Assembly: GCA_024711025.1 (NCBI GenBank)
Contig: JANJTP010000019.1
Span: forward strand, 10,005-74,004
Source: Solirubrobacteraceae bacterium
GTDB lineage: Bacteria > Actinomycetota > Thermoleophilia > Solirubrobacterales > Solirubrobacteraceae
Length of the DNA stretch: 64,000 bases
Reading direction: 5' to 3'
The translations under genes were made by a program, and so were the position numbers. Below are positions 25,452-34,899 of the stretch, piece after piece. The number at the start of each line of letters is the position of its first letter. The stretch's first letter is position 1. The notes below the pieces were generated by a model that was not told the DNA's origin, ran no database searches, and was given only the letters and a program-made list of their open reading frames with translations.

Positions 25452-27436
25452 GCGACGCGCTCGTCCTCTGCTATCACACGATCAGCCGCACCCTGCCGGC
25501 CGACTTCAACGTGAAGCCGCAGGACCTGGAGCGCCAGCTCTCCGGCCTGGTCCGCCGCGGATACCGCGGGGCCACCTTCCGCGAGGCGGTGCTCGAGGCG
25601 CCCCGCGGCCGGGTGCTGGCGGTGACGTTCGACGACGCCTGCCGCAGCGTGCTCGACGAGGCGCTGCCGATCATGCGCCGACTCGGCCTGCCGGGAACGG
25701 TCTTCCCGGTCGTCGACCTCGTCGGACGGGAGGAGCCGCTCTGCTGGCCGGGGATCGAAGAGTGGCGCGGCGGGCCGCACGAGCGGGAGCTGTGCGGGCT
25801 CGGCTGGGACGGGCTGGGGGAGCTCGTCGAGGCCGGATGGGAGGTCGGCTCGCACACCTGCAGCCACCCCTGGCTACCGGACTGCGACGAGCGGCGCCTG
25901 GACGACGAGCTGCGCCGCTCGCGCGAGGTCCTCGAGTGGCGACTCGGCCGCGCGTGCGAGTCGATCGCGTACCCGTACGGAGGCGTCGACGCGCGCGTGC
26001 TGTCGGCGGCGCGCGCCGCCGGCTACCGCGCCGGCGGGGCGCTCGGCTCGCTGCGCGCCGGCGACTCGCTCGACCATCCGCGGGTCGGCGTGTACTCGAA
26101 GGACACCGGCCTCCGTCTGCGCGTCAAGGCCGCACCCACGGTGCGGCTGCTGCGCGCGGCGGCGGCGCGCGGCCACGGCTGGCCGCAGCCGCTGCCGGGC
26201 TGGCGTCGCGAGCGCGAGCCGGCGAGCGTGGCCGCGCGCGACGGCTTCGCGAGGGACCCGCAGCGCCCGGTGCGCGTGCTGGCCTACACCGACCAGCGCT
26301 ACTGGAGGCGCGGCGAGGACGTCTACGCGCAGCGCTCGTTCGTCACGTTCATGGGCGCGGTCGGCGAGCGCGTGGCGGCGCTGACCGTGCTTGGACGGGC
26401 CTCGGACGGCCCCGGCGAGGCCCACTACCTACTCCCCAGGGCCGCGGCCTTCCGAGCGCTGCCCTGGTACGACAGTGCGGCCGACCCGCTCGCCCTGGCG
26501 CGCGCGGCCACGGGCACGCTGCGGACGTTCTGGCGGGCGCTCGACGAGGCCGACGTCTGCTGGCTGCTCGGACCGAGCCCGTTCGCGATCGCGTTCGCGG
26601 CGCTCGCCGCGCTGCGCCGGCGCCGCGTCGTGCTGGGCGTGCGGCAGGACCTGCGCGCCTACGCGCGCTCGCGCCACCCCGGCAGGCGCCCGCACCGCTG
26701 GGCCGCCGACGTGCAGGAGCTCGCGTTTCGCGGCCTCGCGCGCCGCATGGCGGTCGTCACGGTGGGGGAGGAGCTCGCCGAGGGCTACCGCCGCTCGCCG
26801 GCGCTGCTCGCGCTGCCGGTCTCGCTCGTGCGGGCGAGCAGCGTCGTCGAGCGCTCGGCGGCGCTCGCCCGCGACTTCGACGGCGACGAGCTGCGCCTGC
26901 TGACCGTAAGCCGCCTGGACGAGGAGAAGAACCCGCTGCTGCTCGCCGACGTGCTGGCCGAGCTGCTGCGCGCCGACGGTCGCTGGCGGCTGCTGATCGC
27001 CGGCGAGGGGCCGTGCGAGGGCGACCTGCGCGCGCGGCTCGCCGAGCTCGGCGTCTCGGATCGCGCCGTGCTGCTCGGCCACGTCGATCTCGAGCCCGGC
27101 CTGCTCGAGCTCTACCGCAGCTCGCACGCCTTCCTGCACGTCTCCTGGACCGAGGGCCTGCCGCAGGTGCTGTTCGAGGCGTTCGCCGCCGGGCTGCCGG
27201 TCGTCGCGACCGCGGTCGGCGGTGTGGCGGCCGCGGCGCGCGACGCCGCGCTGCTCGTGCGACCCGGCGACGCCGCGGCCGCGGCCCGCGAGCTCGAGCG
27301 CATCGCCGGCGACCGCCGGCTGCGCGAGCGGCTGGCCGAGCGCGCCCTCGCGCGGGCGAGCGAGACGACGCTCGAGGCGACGAGCGAGCGCCTCGCCGCC
27401 TTCCTGGCCGACCCCTACGCGGACAGCTCGCGGTAG
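25448..27436 (+). CDS. fusion protein: CE4 polysaccharide deacetylase (N) + GT4 glycosyltransferase (C)
   Basis: ORF 25448..27436(+) with a GTGA overlap to the upstream GT4. NodB motifs VTFDDACRS and HTCSHP lie in the first ~230 aa. The GT4 EX7E motif TEGLPQVLFEAFAAGLPVV lies near the C-terminus. Confidence 0.85.
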   Translation: MSDALVLCYHTISRTLPADFNVKPQDLERQLSGLVRRGYRGATFREAVLEAPRGRVLAVTFDDACRSVLDEALPIMRRLGLPGTVFPVVDLVGREEPLCWPGIEEWRGGPHERELCGLGWDGLGELVEAGWEVGSHTCSHPWLPDCDERRLDDELRRSREVLEWRLGRACESIAYPYGGVDARVLSAARAAGYRAGGALGSLRAGDSLDHPRVGVYSKDTGLRLRVKAAPTVRLLRAAAARGHGWPQPLPGWRREREPASVAARDGFARDPQRPVRVLAYTDQRYWRRGEDVYAQRSFVTFMGAVGERVAALTVLGRASDGPGEAHYLLPRAAAFRALPWYDSAADPLALARAATGTLRTFWRALDEADVCWLLGPSPFAIAFAALAALRRRRVVLGVRQDLRAYARSRHPGRRPHRWAADVQELAFRGLARRMAVVTVGEELAEGYRRSPALLALPVSLVRASSVVERSAALARDFDGDELRLLTVSRLDEEKNPLLLADVLAELLRADGRWRLLIAGEGPCEGDLRARLAELGVSDRAVLLGHVDLEPGLLELYRSSHAFLHVSWTEGLPQVLFEAFAAGLPVVATAVGGVAAAARDAALLVRPGDAAAAARELERIAGDRRLRERLAERALARASETTLEATSERLAAFLADPYADSSR

Positions 27437-28563
27437 AGGGCCGCGTAGCGAGCGGCCACCGAGCCGCGCGAGCAGCGAGCCTCGACCAGCTCGCGACCGG
27501 CTGCGCCCAGACTTGCGGCGAGCGGCGCGTCGGTCAGGACGCGGCGCAGCGCACCGGCCAGCGCCGGCGCGTCGCGCGGCTCGACGAGCAGCGCCGTGCC
27601 CCCGCCCACGAGGTCGGGGATGCCGCCCACGCGCGTCACGACGCACGGCAGCCCGGCCTCCATCGCCTCCAGCATGCTCAGCGGCACGCCCTCGTGACGG
27701 GAGGGCAGGCAGAACGCGTCGGACGCCGCGAGCAGCTCGCCGATGTCGTCGCGACGCCCGAGCAGCCGCACGACGTCGCCCGCGGCGCGCGCCTCCGCGC
27801 GTAGGCGGCCGGCCTCCGGGCCGTCGCCCGCGACGACGATGCGCAGGCTTGGCAGGTCCCCCTCGAGCACGCGCGTCGCGGCGATCAGATCGTCGATGCC
27901 CTTCTCCGCCTGGAGGCGCGCGACGCAGACGACGAGCGGCCCCGCGGCTCCGTCGAGCAGCGCGCGGCGCACGCGCCCGCGGTCGAAGTCCGGGCCCGGC
28001 GGCCGGGCCGGAGCGAAGTTGGGGATCACGACAAGCCGACGGCGCGGCACGCGATAGGCGCGCACCACGGCATCGGCGATCTCCGTCGACGGGCACGCCA
28101 GGCGAGCGGACAGGTGCGACGACCAGCCGTCGAGCGCGGCGTGGATCGGTGTGTCCTCCGCCGTCGGACCCGGCAGCGTGTGGATCGTCGTCACGTGCGG
28201 GCGGCGGGCAAGGCGCGCGGCGGCGCGCGAGGCGACGTTCGCGTTGGAGAGATGGGAGTGCACGACGTCGACGCGATGGGCACGGATCGAACGCAGCAGC
28301 GCCGCCGGCAGCGACACCCCGTAGATCCGCCGCAACGGGACCAGCCGGACCGCCTCCGCGTCCCTGCGCAGCGCGCCGAGCAGACCGGGGTCGGCGTCGC
28401 CCTCTCCGGCGACGACGACGTTGCGCGTCGCGCCGCTGCGCGCCAGCTCGCCGACCAGCGCCGTGAGCATCACCTCGGCGCCGCCGGTGCGCAGCGAGTC
28501 GATCACGTGCAGTACGCACGGCCGACCGTCGTCCCCCGCCTGTTCGTATCCGGCCCCTCGCAT
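27415..28563 (-). CDS. GT4-family glycosyltransferase
   Basis: In-frame part of ORF 27415..28656(-) from ATG 28563. HVIDSLRTGGAE N-terminus and EX7E motif HEGVPLSMLEAMEAGLPCV. Its 3' end overlaps the convergent fusion gene by 22 nt. Confidence 0.9.
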   Translation of the reverse strand: MRGAGYEQAGDDGRPCVLHVIDSLRTGGAEVMLTALVGELARSGATRNVVVAGEGDADPGLLGALRRDAEAVRLVPLRRIYGVSLPAALLRSIRAHRVDVVHSHLSNANVASRAAARLARRPHVTTIHTLPGPTAEDTPIHAALDGWSSHLSARLACPSTEIADAVVRAYRVPRRRLVVIPNFAPARPPGPDFDRGRVRRALLDGAAGPLVVCVARLQAEKGIDDLIAATRVLEGDLPSLRIVVAGDGPEAGRLRAEARAAGDVVRLLGRRDDIGELLAASDAFCLPSRHEGVPLSMLEAMEAGLPCVVTRVGGIPDLVGGGTALLVEPRDAPALAGALRRVLTDAPLAASLGAAGRELVEARCSRGSVAARYAALYRELSA

Positions 28564-28842
28564 CTGCGGCCGTAGCGATAGCAGGTGGCCGGCCGCGGCG
28601 ACGCGCGCGGCCCCGGAGGCGCGTCGGCGCGAGGCCTGGCGACCAGCTCCGTGCACGGTCGCCGCGCGGCCCCCGACGCACGGATGGCCGGAGGCCCGGG
28701 GATCGGCTCGCAGGGTGGGCGATCGGGGGATGGGCGCCCGGACCGACCATCCGACGTTCGTCCATGGAGCCGCGTCTTGTTGCCGGGGCCGGGCCTCGCG
28801 GCCGATCCCCAGGTAGTGAGCTTACGTTCGGTCCTTCGCACG

Positions 28843-29934
28843 ATGTCTGCGGCGCCCCGGGGCGCCGCTCTCATGACGGCGCTCCTGCTACCGGTGCTGG
28901 CCGCCTGGTCCGCGCCGGCCTCCGCCTCCGTCACCGCGCGCTTCGCGGGCGCCGAGGCAGGCGTGGCGGCCGATTTCGATCAGGTCAACGAGGTCGGCGG
29001 CACGGTGCGGGCGGATGCGAGCCGCGCGTTCTCGGGCGCCTTCGGCATGCGCGTGCAGTACGACGGCGGAACGCAGAACTCCTACCAGCGTGGGATCTGG
29101 CACACCGACCTGCGAGACGGCGACGATCTCTGGTACTCGGCGGCCTTCTACTTCCCGGTCGGCTTCAAGGCGCAGATGCAGGGCGAGGTCGACGTGCTGC
29201 GCTGGGACAACTGGGTCTCGCATCCGTCGGACACGGATTGGGGCGGCCTGGTGATCTACGGCTCCGACAAGCGCATGCGCCTGATGCGCTTCAACGCGGC
29301 CGGAACCGGGACCACGACGCTGGTCGGTCCGTTCGACGTGCCGGAGGGTCGCTGGGTCAGGCTCGAGGTCCATCAGCGCCTGGGCACCGGCAATGCGCTC
29401 AGCGAGGTCTTCATGGACGGCGCACTCGTCGGCCGCTCGACGGCCGCGAACACGTATGGCCGCACGATCGAGCGCCTGCGGGTTGGGATCGTGGCGATCG
29501 ACGCGGGCCGCCAGACGAACCCGCTGGCGCTGTGGGTCGATGACGCGCGCATCAGCACGGCGTCGGTCTGGGGCGCCTCGGGCGCCGAGCCGACCGCGCC
29601 GACCGAGCCGACCGCAACAGCGCCGGCGACCGACACGCAGACCACCTCGGAGTCGACGTCGACGACCACAACGTCGACGACCACGACGTCGACGACCACG
29701 ACGTCGACGACGACCAAGAAGAAGGGCAAGCGGTCCGCGCGACGGGCAAGCGCCGGCGACGCGCGCTTCGCGCGCGCCGCGAGGCGCATGAGCCCCGCGC
29801 ACTACCGGCGGCACATGGCGCACCACCGTCGCGTGCTGCGCAAGCTCAAGCGTCACCCGGTCGCGAATCGACGCGCGCTCGCCGACCTGCGCGCGCACCT
29901 GGCAGCGCATCGCGCGGCCCAGCGCGGCAGCTGA
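28843..29934 (+). CDS. secreted ConA-like (polysaccharide-lyase-family-like) protein, paralog 2, with Thr/Ser repeat linker and highly basic C-terminal tail
   Basis: In-frame part of ORF 28585..29934(+) from ATG 28843. Signal peptide ...LLLPVLAAWSAPASA. The domain is collinear with the 19544 gene. The linker PTEPTAPTEPTATAPATDTQTTSESTSTTTTSTTTTSTTTTSTTT is encoded by a 15-nt x4 tandem repeat (29656-29715). The tail reads KKKGKRSARRASAGDARFARAARRMSPAHYRRHMAHHRRVLRKLKRH... Confidence 0.7.
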   Translation: MSAAPRGAALMTALLLPVLAAWSAPASASVTARFAGAEAGVAADFDQVNEVGGTVRADASRAFSGAFGMRVQYDGGTQNSYQRGIWHTDLRDGDDLWYSAAFYFPVGFKAQMQGEVDVLRWDNWVSHPSDTDWGGLVIYGSDKRMRLMRFNAAGTGTTTLVGPFDVPEGRWVRLEVHQRLGTGNALSEVFMDGALVGRSTAANTYGRTIERLRVGIVAIDAGRQTNPLALWVDDARISTASVWGASGAEPTAPTEPTATAPATDTQTTSESTSTTTTSTTTTSTTTTSTTTKKKGKRSARRASAGDARFARAARRMSPAHYRRHMAHHRRVLRKLKRHPVANRRALADLRAHLAAHRAAQRGS

Positions 29935-29943
29935 GCCTGCCGC

Positions 29944-31857
29944 CTACGTCAGCGCCGGCAGCTCGGCCGGCGTCGCGCTGACCTGGTCCACGCAGGTGCG
30001 AAACCACAGCTCGAGGTTCACGAGCGCCCATATCTGCGCGCTGCGGTCGAGGCCCGCGTCGTGCTCGGCGACGAGCGCGCGCACGGCCTGGGGTCGCAGC
30101 AGGCCGCGATCGACCGAGCGCGGGTCGAGCAGGACGTCCTCGGGGAGCCCGCGCAGCTCGTGGCGCAGCCAGTGCGCCAGCGGGACGGCAAACCCCTGCT
30201 TGGGCCGGTCGAGGAAGCCGGGCGGGAGCCAGGGCTCGGCGGAGGCGCGCAGCACGATCTTGCCGCGCGTGCCGTGCATCTTGAGCTCGGCCGGGAGGCG
30301 CGCCGCGTGCTCGACGAGCACATGGTCGAGCAGCGGCGCGCGCACCTCGAGCGAGCGCGCCATGCTCGCGACGTCGACCTTCGCCAGCAAATCGTCGGGC
30401 AGGTAGGTCTCGCGGTCGACGGCCATCACGCGGTCGATCGGGTCCAGGCCGGCGCTCGACGCCCAGGCCCGCTCGACATGCTCGAGCGGGTCGCGCCCGG
30501 CGAGCGCGGATTGCAGCTCGTCGCTGTAGAGCGACCGGCGGTCGCTCTCGCGCAGATAGCGGAAGAGGTCGGCGTAGCGCGCGGCAGGGCTGAGCGTCAG
30601 CCGCTGGGCGAGGCGTGCGGCCCGCTGCAGCGGGGAGCGGCCCTCGGTGCCGCGGGCGGCGGCGAGGGCCCGCGCCAGCCCGCGGCGCAGCGGGAGCGGC
30701 ACGCGGTCGGCCGGGAGCGTGCGTGCGAGCTGCCAGTAGCGCCGGTAGCCGGCGTACGCCTCGTCGCCACCGTCGCCGCTCAGCGCGACGGTGACGCGCT
30801 CGCGCGCCAGCTCGGCGAGCTGGTAGGTCGGCAGCGCGGCCGGGTCGGCGAACGGCTCGCCGAAGTGCCAGGCCAGCCGCGGCAGCAGCGCCGCATGCAC
30901 CGGCTCCACCTCGAGAACCTCGTGCTCGGTGCCGCAGTGGCGCGCAACCTCCAGCGCGTACGGGGTCTCGTCCACCGTGGAGCCGGGGAAGGCGACCGAG
31001 AACGTGCGGATCGTGCCGGAGTGGGTGCGCGCCATCGCCGCGACGACCGCCGCCGAGTCCATCCCGCCCGACAGGAAGGCACCGAGCGGGACGTCGCTCA
31101 TCAGGCGGATCCGCGTGCTCTCGAGCAGCAGCTCGCGCACCTGCTCGGCCGCCTCAGGCAGCCCGATCGCCAGCTTCGGCTCGTGCTCCGGATGCCAGTA
31201 GCGCTCGACGTGCGGCTCGCCCGCGCCCGGCCGCCAGAGGAGCCGCGAGGCGGGAGCGAGCTTGCGCAGGGCGCTGAACGCGCACAGGCCGTGCGGCACG
31301 TACTGGTTGACCAGGAACGCGTCAAGCGCCGCCGGGTCGACGTCGCGGGGCACCGCGGGGTCCTGCAGCAGCACGCGCGGCTCCGAGCCGAAGCGCATCA
31401 CGCCGCCGGCCAGCGTCCAGTAGAGGGGCTTCTTGCCCAGCCGGTCGCGGGCGAGCAGCAGCTCCCGGCGGACCGAGTCCCAGACGGCGATCGCGAACAT
31501 GCCGCGAAGGCGCTCGACGAACGACGGGCCGTGGTCCTCCCACAGGTGGGCGATCACCTCGGTGTCCGAGCGCGTCGCGAACGAGTGCCCTCGCCTGCGA
31601 AGGTCTGCGCGCAGCTCGTCGTGGTTGTAGATCTCGCCGTTGAAGACGACCGCGACGGAGCGGTCCTCGTTGAACATCGGCTGCTCGCCGCCGGCGAGGT
31701 CGATGACGGCCAGCCGGCGCATCCCGAGCATGACGCCGCCGTCGACGAGGTAGCCGGCGGAATCGGGGCCGCGATGCTCGATCGCGTCGCACATCCGTCG
31801 CAGCAGCGCCTCGTCGTGGTGGCCACCGGGATCGATCCGCCCGGCGATGCCGCACAT
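29944..31857 (-). CDS. asnB: asparagine synthase (glutamine-hydrolysing) family amidotransferase
   Basis: ORF 29944..31857(-), 637 aa. N-terminal nucleophile MCGIAG, Ntn-amidotransferase domain, PP-loop FLSGGMDSAAV. In this cluster it may amidate a sugar acid rather than make Asn (inference). Confidence 0.92.
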   Translation of the reverse strand: MCGIAGRIDPGGHHDEALLRRMCDAIEHRGPDSAGYLVDGGVMLGMRRLAVIDLAGGEQPMFNEDRSVAVVFNGEIYNHDELRADLRRRGHSFATRSDTEVIAHLWEDHGPSFVERLRGMFAIAVWDSVRRELLLARDRLGKKPLYWTLAGGVMRFGSEPRVLLQDPAVPRDVDPAALDAFLVNQYVPHGLCAFSALRKLAPASRLLWRPGAGEPHVERYWHPEHEPKLAIGLPEAAEQVRELLLESTRIRLMSDVPLGAFLSGGMDSAAVVAAMARTHSGTIRTFSVAFPGSTVDETPYALEVARHCGTEHEVLEVEPVHAALLPRLAWHFGEPFADPAALPTYQLAELARERVTVALSGDGGDEAYAGYRRYWQLARTLPADRVPLPLRRGLARALAAARGTEGRSPLQRAARLAQRLTLSPAARYADLFRYLRESDRRSLYSDELQSALAGRDPLEHVERAWASSAGLDPIDRVMAVDRETYLPDDLLAKVDVASMARSLEVRAPLLDHVLVEHAARLPAELKMHGTRGKIVLRASAEPWLPPGFLDRPKQGFAVPLAHWLRHELRGLPEDVLLDPRSVDRGLLRPQAVRALVAEHDAGLDRSAQIWALVNLELWFRTCVDQVSATPAELPALT

Positions 31858-32948
31858 CAGCGCACCGCCTCCCAGCGCACGTCCTGTCGGCCGCGGGCCG
31901 CGCGCACGACGCCGACGCCGATCGCCGCGTTGCCGAGCGTGAACTGCCAGGCGGCGCGGCCGATGCGGGCCAGCGGGCCCGGCAGCCGGGCTCCGAGCCC
32001 GGAGGCGACGCCGAGGCCGTAGCCGGCGAGCTGCGCCGCGGCCGCCACCCGCAGCCCGCGGCCGGAACGTGAGCCGGCGAGCGACGCGAGCAGCGCGAGC
32101 ACGAGCAGGAACGGAAGCGCCAGGCGCCCGTGCTTGTGCGACAGGACGCGCAGCACGAAGCCCTTCGGCATCCCGCGCAGCTCGCCGAGCAGCATCGCCC
32201 GCCCGGCGCCGATCCGCGAGCGCCTCGCCATCTCGGCGCGCGTCCCGACCGGCTCCTCGACGGACCCGGCCTCCGGCTCGTAGACGACCCGCCCGCCCGC
32301 GCGCACCAGCTCGCCGAGCAGCCAGAGGTCGTCGTTGACGACGTGCGCCGGGAAGGCCGGCAGGCGCTCGCGGCGCACGGCCATGAACTCGCCCGACATC
32401 GCCGCGACGCTGCCCGAGCGGCTCTCCAGGCGCCGGATCAGGTCCTCGTAGCGGTCGTAGGGGCTGTCCTGCTCGCCGCGGCGACCGGCCACCGCCCAGA
32501 TCCGCGGGTCGGCGAAGTGGCGCACGGCGGCGGCGACGCTGCCCGGCTCGAGGACGTTGTTGGCGTCGGTGAGCAGGACGATCTCACCGGTCGCATCGGC
32601 GAGCGCCCGCGTGAGCGCCGCAGCCTTGCCGGCGCGCACGCGGCCGAAGCTGACGAGGGCGCCGGGTCGCACGCGCGCGACGAGCGCCGCGAGCTCCTCG
32701 TCCTCGTCGACGGCGACGATCACCTGCAGGCGATCGGACGGGTAATCCAGGAGCTCGAGCGCCACGAGCTTGCGTCGCAGCGCCTCGTGCTCGCGGAAGG
32801 CGGGGATCAGGATCGTCACCGGCGGCCGCTCGGAGCCGGTCGCCCAGGGGCGCCGGGGAAGGAGACCGAGCGCCGCGGGGTAGCCGGCGAGCACCCATCC
32901 GGCGCCGCCGGCACCGGCCGCGAAGGCGGCTCGGGCGAGGGCGCTCAC
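31857..32948 (-). CDS. GT2-family glycosyltransferase
   Basis: In-frame 3' part of ORF 31857..34580(-) from GTG 32948 (GTGA overlap with the Wzy stop). VTILIPAFRE, DxD-like LLTDANN, and C-terminal TM helices. The rest of the 907-aa ORF is out-of-frame overlap with the Wzy and Wzz genes. Confidence 0.85.
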   Translation of the reverse strand: MSALARAAFAAGAGGAGWVLAGYPAALGLLPRRPWATGSERPPVTILIPAFREHEALRRKLVALELLDYPSDRLQVIVAVDEDEELAALVARVRPGALVSFGRVRAGKAAALTRALADATGEIVLLTDANNVLEPGSVAAAVRHFADPRIWAVAGRRGEQDSPYDRYEDLIRRLESRSGSVAAMSGEFMAVRRERLPAFPAHVVNDDLWLLGELVRAGGRVVYEPEAGSVEEPVGTRAEMARRSRIGAGRAMLLGELRGMPKGFVLRVLSHKHGRLALPFLLVLALLASLAGSRSGRGLRVAAAAQLAGYGLGVASGLGARLPGPLARIGRAAWQFTLGNAAIGVGVVRAARGRQDVRWEAVR

Positions 32949-34321
32949 CTCGCCGGTCTCCCCGCGCGTTGCCCTGGGGAGCGCTGCGCCAGCAGCGCGC
33001 AGCTCATCGCGATCGTCAGGCCGATGAGCACGTAGAGCAGCCGCAGCAGGCTGTCGTGGAGGAAGACGCTGCCCACCCCGAACGTCGCGAGCGCGAGCAG
33101 CAGCGCTCGACCGACGGGATCTCGGTGGGCTCCGGAGCGTGCCACGAGGCTCCCGACGACCAGCAGCGCTCCCAGCCAGCCGAGGGCACCGGCGAGGCCC
33201 TGCTCGGCGAGCACCTCCAGGTACAGGTTGTGGGGCTCGCGCGCGGGTCGCGGGTCGTTGCCGATCTCGCGGCTGTAGCGGCGGTAGAGCACGGGGTACT
33301 GGTCGGGGCCGACGCCCGTGACCGGGTGGTCGAGGAACATCGCCATCGCGATACGGTTCTCCGTCGCCCGTCCGCTGACGGTTCGCTCGGTCGAGCTCGT
33401 GATCTGCGATTGCAGCGTCGGGAGCAGCAGCGCGGTCGCGGCAAGCGCCGCGAGCGCCGCCGCTCGCACCGTCCACGAGGGGCGCGCCGACGGCTTCATC
33501 AGCGCCGCGCTCAGCGCGAGTCCGGCGAGCGCCGCCAGCAGGCTGCCGCGCGAGCCGGCGGCGACGATCCCGCCGAGCACGGCGACGATCCCGGCGATGC
33601 CGACGAGCTGCCACCAGCCGCGGCGCGTGACGAGCAGGTACTGGAGGGGGATCGTCGTCGCGAGCGAGAGCGCGAAGAAGTTCGACTCGCCGAACGGCCC
33701 GGCCGCGCGCGGAGCCTCCACGCCCGAGGGGTCGAGCTCGAGCGGGAACAGCGACGTCGACGTGACGTAGACCGAGAACAGGGCACCGACGCCGAGGATC
33801 AGGCCGGTGATGGCGATCGCCGTCAGGGCACGCGAGACGTCCTGCACGCCGAGCACGCACAGCGCGGCGATCGCGAGGAACAGGAGATCCTCGAACCGGC
33901 CGCCCGGCAGCCCACCCGCGGTGCCGCTGACCAGGGAGCTGATCGCGAGCGGCATGGCGAGGAAGAGCGCGACGACGAGCACCGCCCGCCCGGTGTCGGG
34001 CGCCATCGCGGCCCTCCAGAGGGCGAAGGCGGTCAGGGCCAGTCCGCCGAGCTCGACCGGAGAGGGCAGCCCGCCGAACAGCCAGCCTGGGAAGTACGCC
34101 CACACGAATCCCAGGTACAGCGGGACGATCCACAGCGGGCGGCGAGCCAGGGCCAACGCCGTCGCGAGGATCACCGCGAGCAGCGCGATCGCGCTCGGGC
34201 GGGTCGCCAGGACCGGGATCGTGGCCGCGGCGGCCGCGAGCGCGAGGAAGGCCGCCCCGGCGGCGACGAGCGGTCCGCCGAGGAGGTCGGACGCCGGCTG
34301 GGGCCCGCGCCGCGTGGCCAC
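32945..34321 (-). CDS. O-antigen polymerase/ligase family (Wzy-like) membrane protein
   Basis: ORF 32945..34321(-), 458 aa, ~11 TM helices. Wzy_C-type loop region (GSRGSLLAALAGLAL... GVGPDQYPVLY... EPHNLYLEVLAEQGLAG). Confidence 0.8.
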   Translation of the reverse strand: MATRRGPQPASDLLGGPLVAAGAAFLALAAAAATIPVLATRPSAIALLAVILATALALARRPLWIVPLYLGFVWAYFPGWLFGGLPSPVELGGLALTAFALWRAAMAPDTGRAVLVVALFLAMPLAISSLVSGTAGGLPGGRFEDLLFLAIAALCVLGVQDVSRALTAIAITGLILGVGALFSVYVTSTSLFPLELDPSGVEAPRAAGPFGESNFFALSLATTIPLQYLLVTRRGWWQLVGIAGIVAVLGGIVAAGSRGSLLAALAGLALSAALMKPSARPSWTVRAAALAALAATALLLPTLQSQITSSTERTVSGRATENRIAMAMFLDHPVTGVGPDQYPVLYRRYSREIGNDPRPAREPHNLYLEVLAEQGLAGALGWLGALLVVGSLVARSGAHRDPVGRALLLALATFGVGSVFLHDSLLRLLYVLIGLTIAMSCALLAQRSPGQRAGRPAR

Positions 34322-34326
34322 CGCGA

Positions 34327-34899
34327 TCAGCGCCTGCTCGTCGAGGTCGTCGTTCCGACGCCGCGCCGCAGGAGGACGTACGTGAAGCCCGAGGCGAGCA
34401 CCGCGAGCAGCAGCGTTGCGAGCAGCACCGCGCCACGGCTCGGACGGCCCTGCTCGGCTGCGCTGGGCCGCTCGAGGACCTGGGTCGTCCAGAGGTCGCG
34501 CAGGGTGCTCTCGCGCTGGCGGCCGGCGGCGAGCACGCGCGACAGCGAGTCGCGGACCGCGTCTCGCGCGCCGCTCGCACCGATTCGCATCACGCGGCTG
34601 TCGGGCACGGCGCGCACGGTGATCGTGACCGGCGGGTCGCCGGCGACGCGCAGCGTGTCGGCGGAGGCGTAGAGCTCGACGAACGTGCCGATCGTGCCCG
34701 AGCGCTGAAAGGACTCGAGCAGGCTGCTGGCCTCTGCGGGGTCGCTGGTGTCAGGTGTGAGCACGAGCTGCGCGTTGCTGACGTACGGCGGCGAGGAGAC
34801 GGCGGCGTACGCGATTCCCGCGAGCAGCACGGCGAGCGCGACGATGAGCGCGAGCCGTGCCGGAGTGGTGACGCGGGGGAGGCGGATGGCGGTCGTCAT
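34327..34899 (-). CDS. Wzz-like polysaccharide chain-length determinant (no kinase domain)
   Basis: In-frame part of ORF 34327..35721(-) from ATG 34899 (ATGA overlap with the upstream gene). N-terminal TM, an extracytoplasmic segment starting YVSNAQLVLTP, and a C-terminal TM (AVLLATLLLAVLASGFTYVLL). Confidence 0.55.
   Translation of the reverse strand: MTTAIRLPRVTTPARLALIVALAVLLAGIAYAAVSSPPYVSNAQLVLTPDTSDPAEASSLLESFQRSGTIGTFVELYASADTLRVAGDPPVTITVRAVPDSRVMRIGASGARDAVRDSLSRVLAAGRQRESTLRDLWTTQVLERPSAAEQGRPSRGAVLLATLLLAVLASGFTYVLLRRGVGTTTSTSRR

Noticed and set aside
26429-28765. 778-aa minus-strand ORF and 680-aa plus-strand ORF (25762-27804)
   Set aside because: They are out of frame or antisense relative to the CE4-GT4 fusion and the GT4 gene, which carry NodB and EX7E motifs. 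Their composition is biased.
31857-34580. 907-aa ORF read as one giant glycosyltransferase
   Set aside because: Only the last 363 aa (from GTG 32948) are GT2-like. The upstream part is an out-of-frame overlap with the Wzy-like and Wzz-like genes, which have proper TM periodicity in their own frames.
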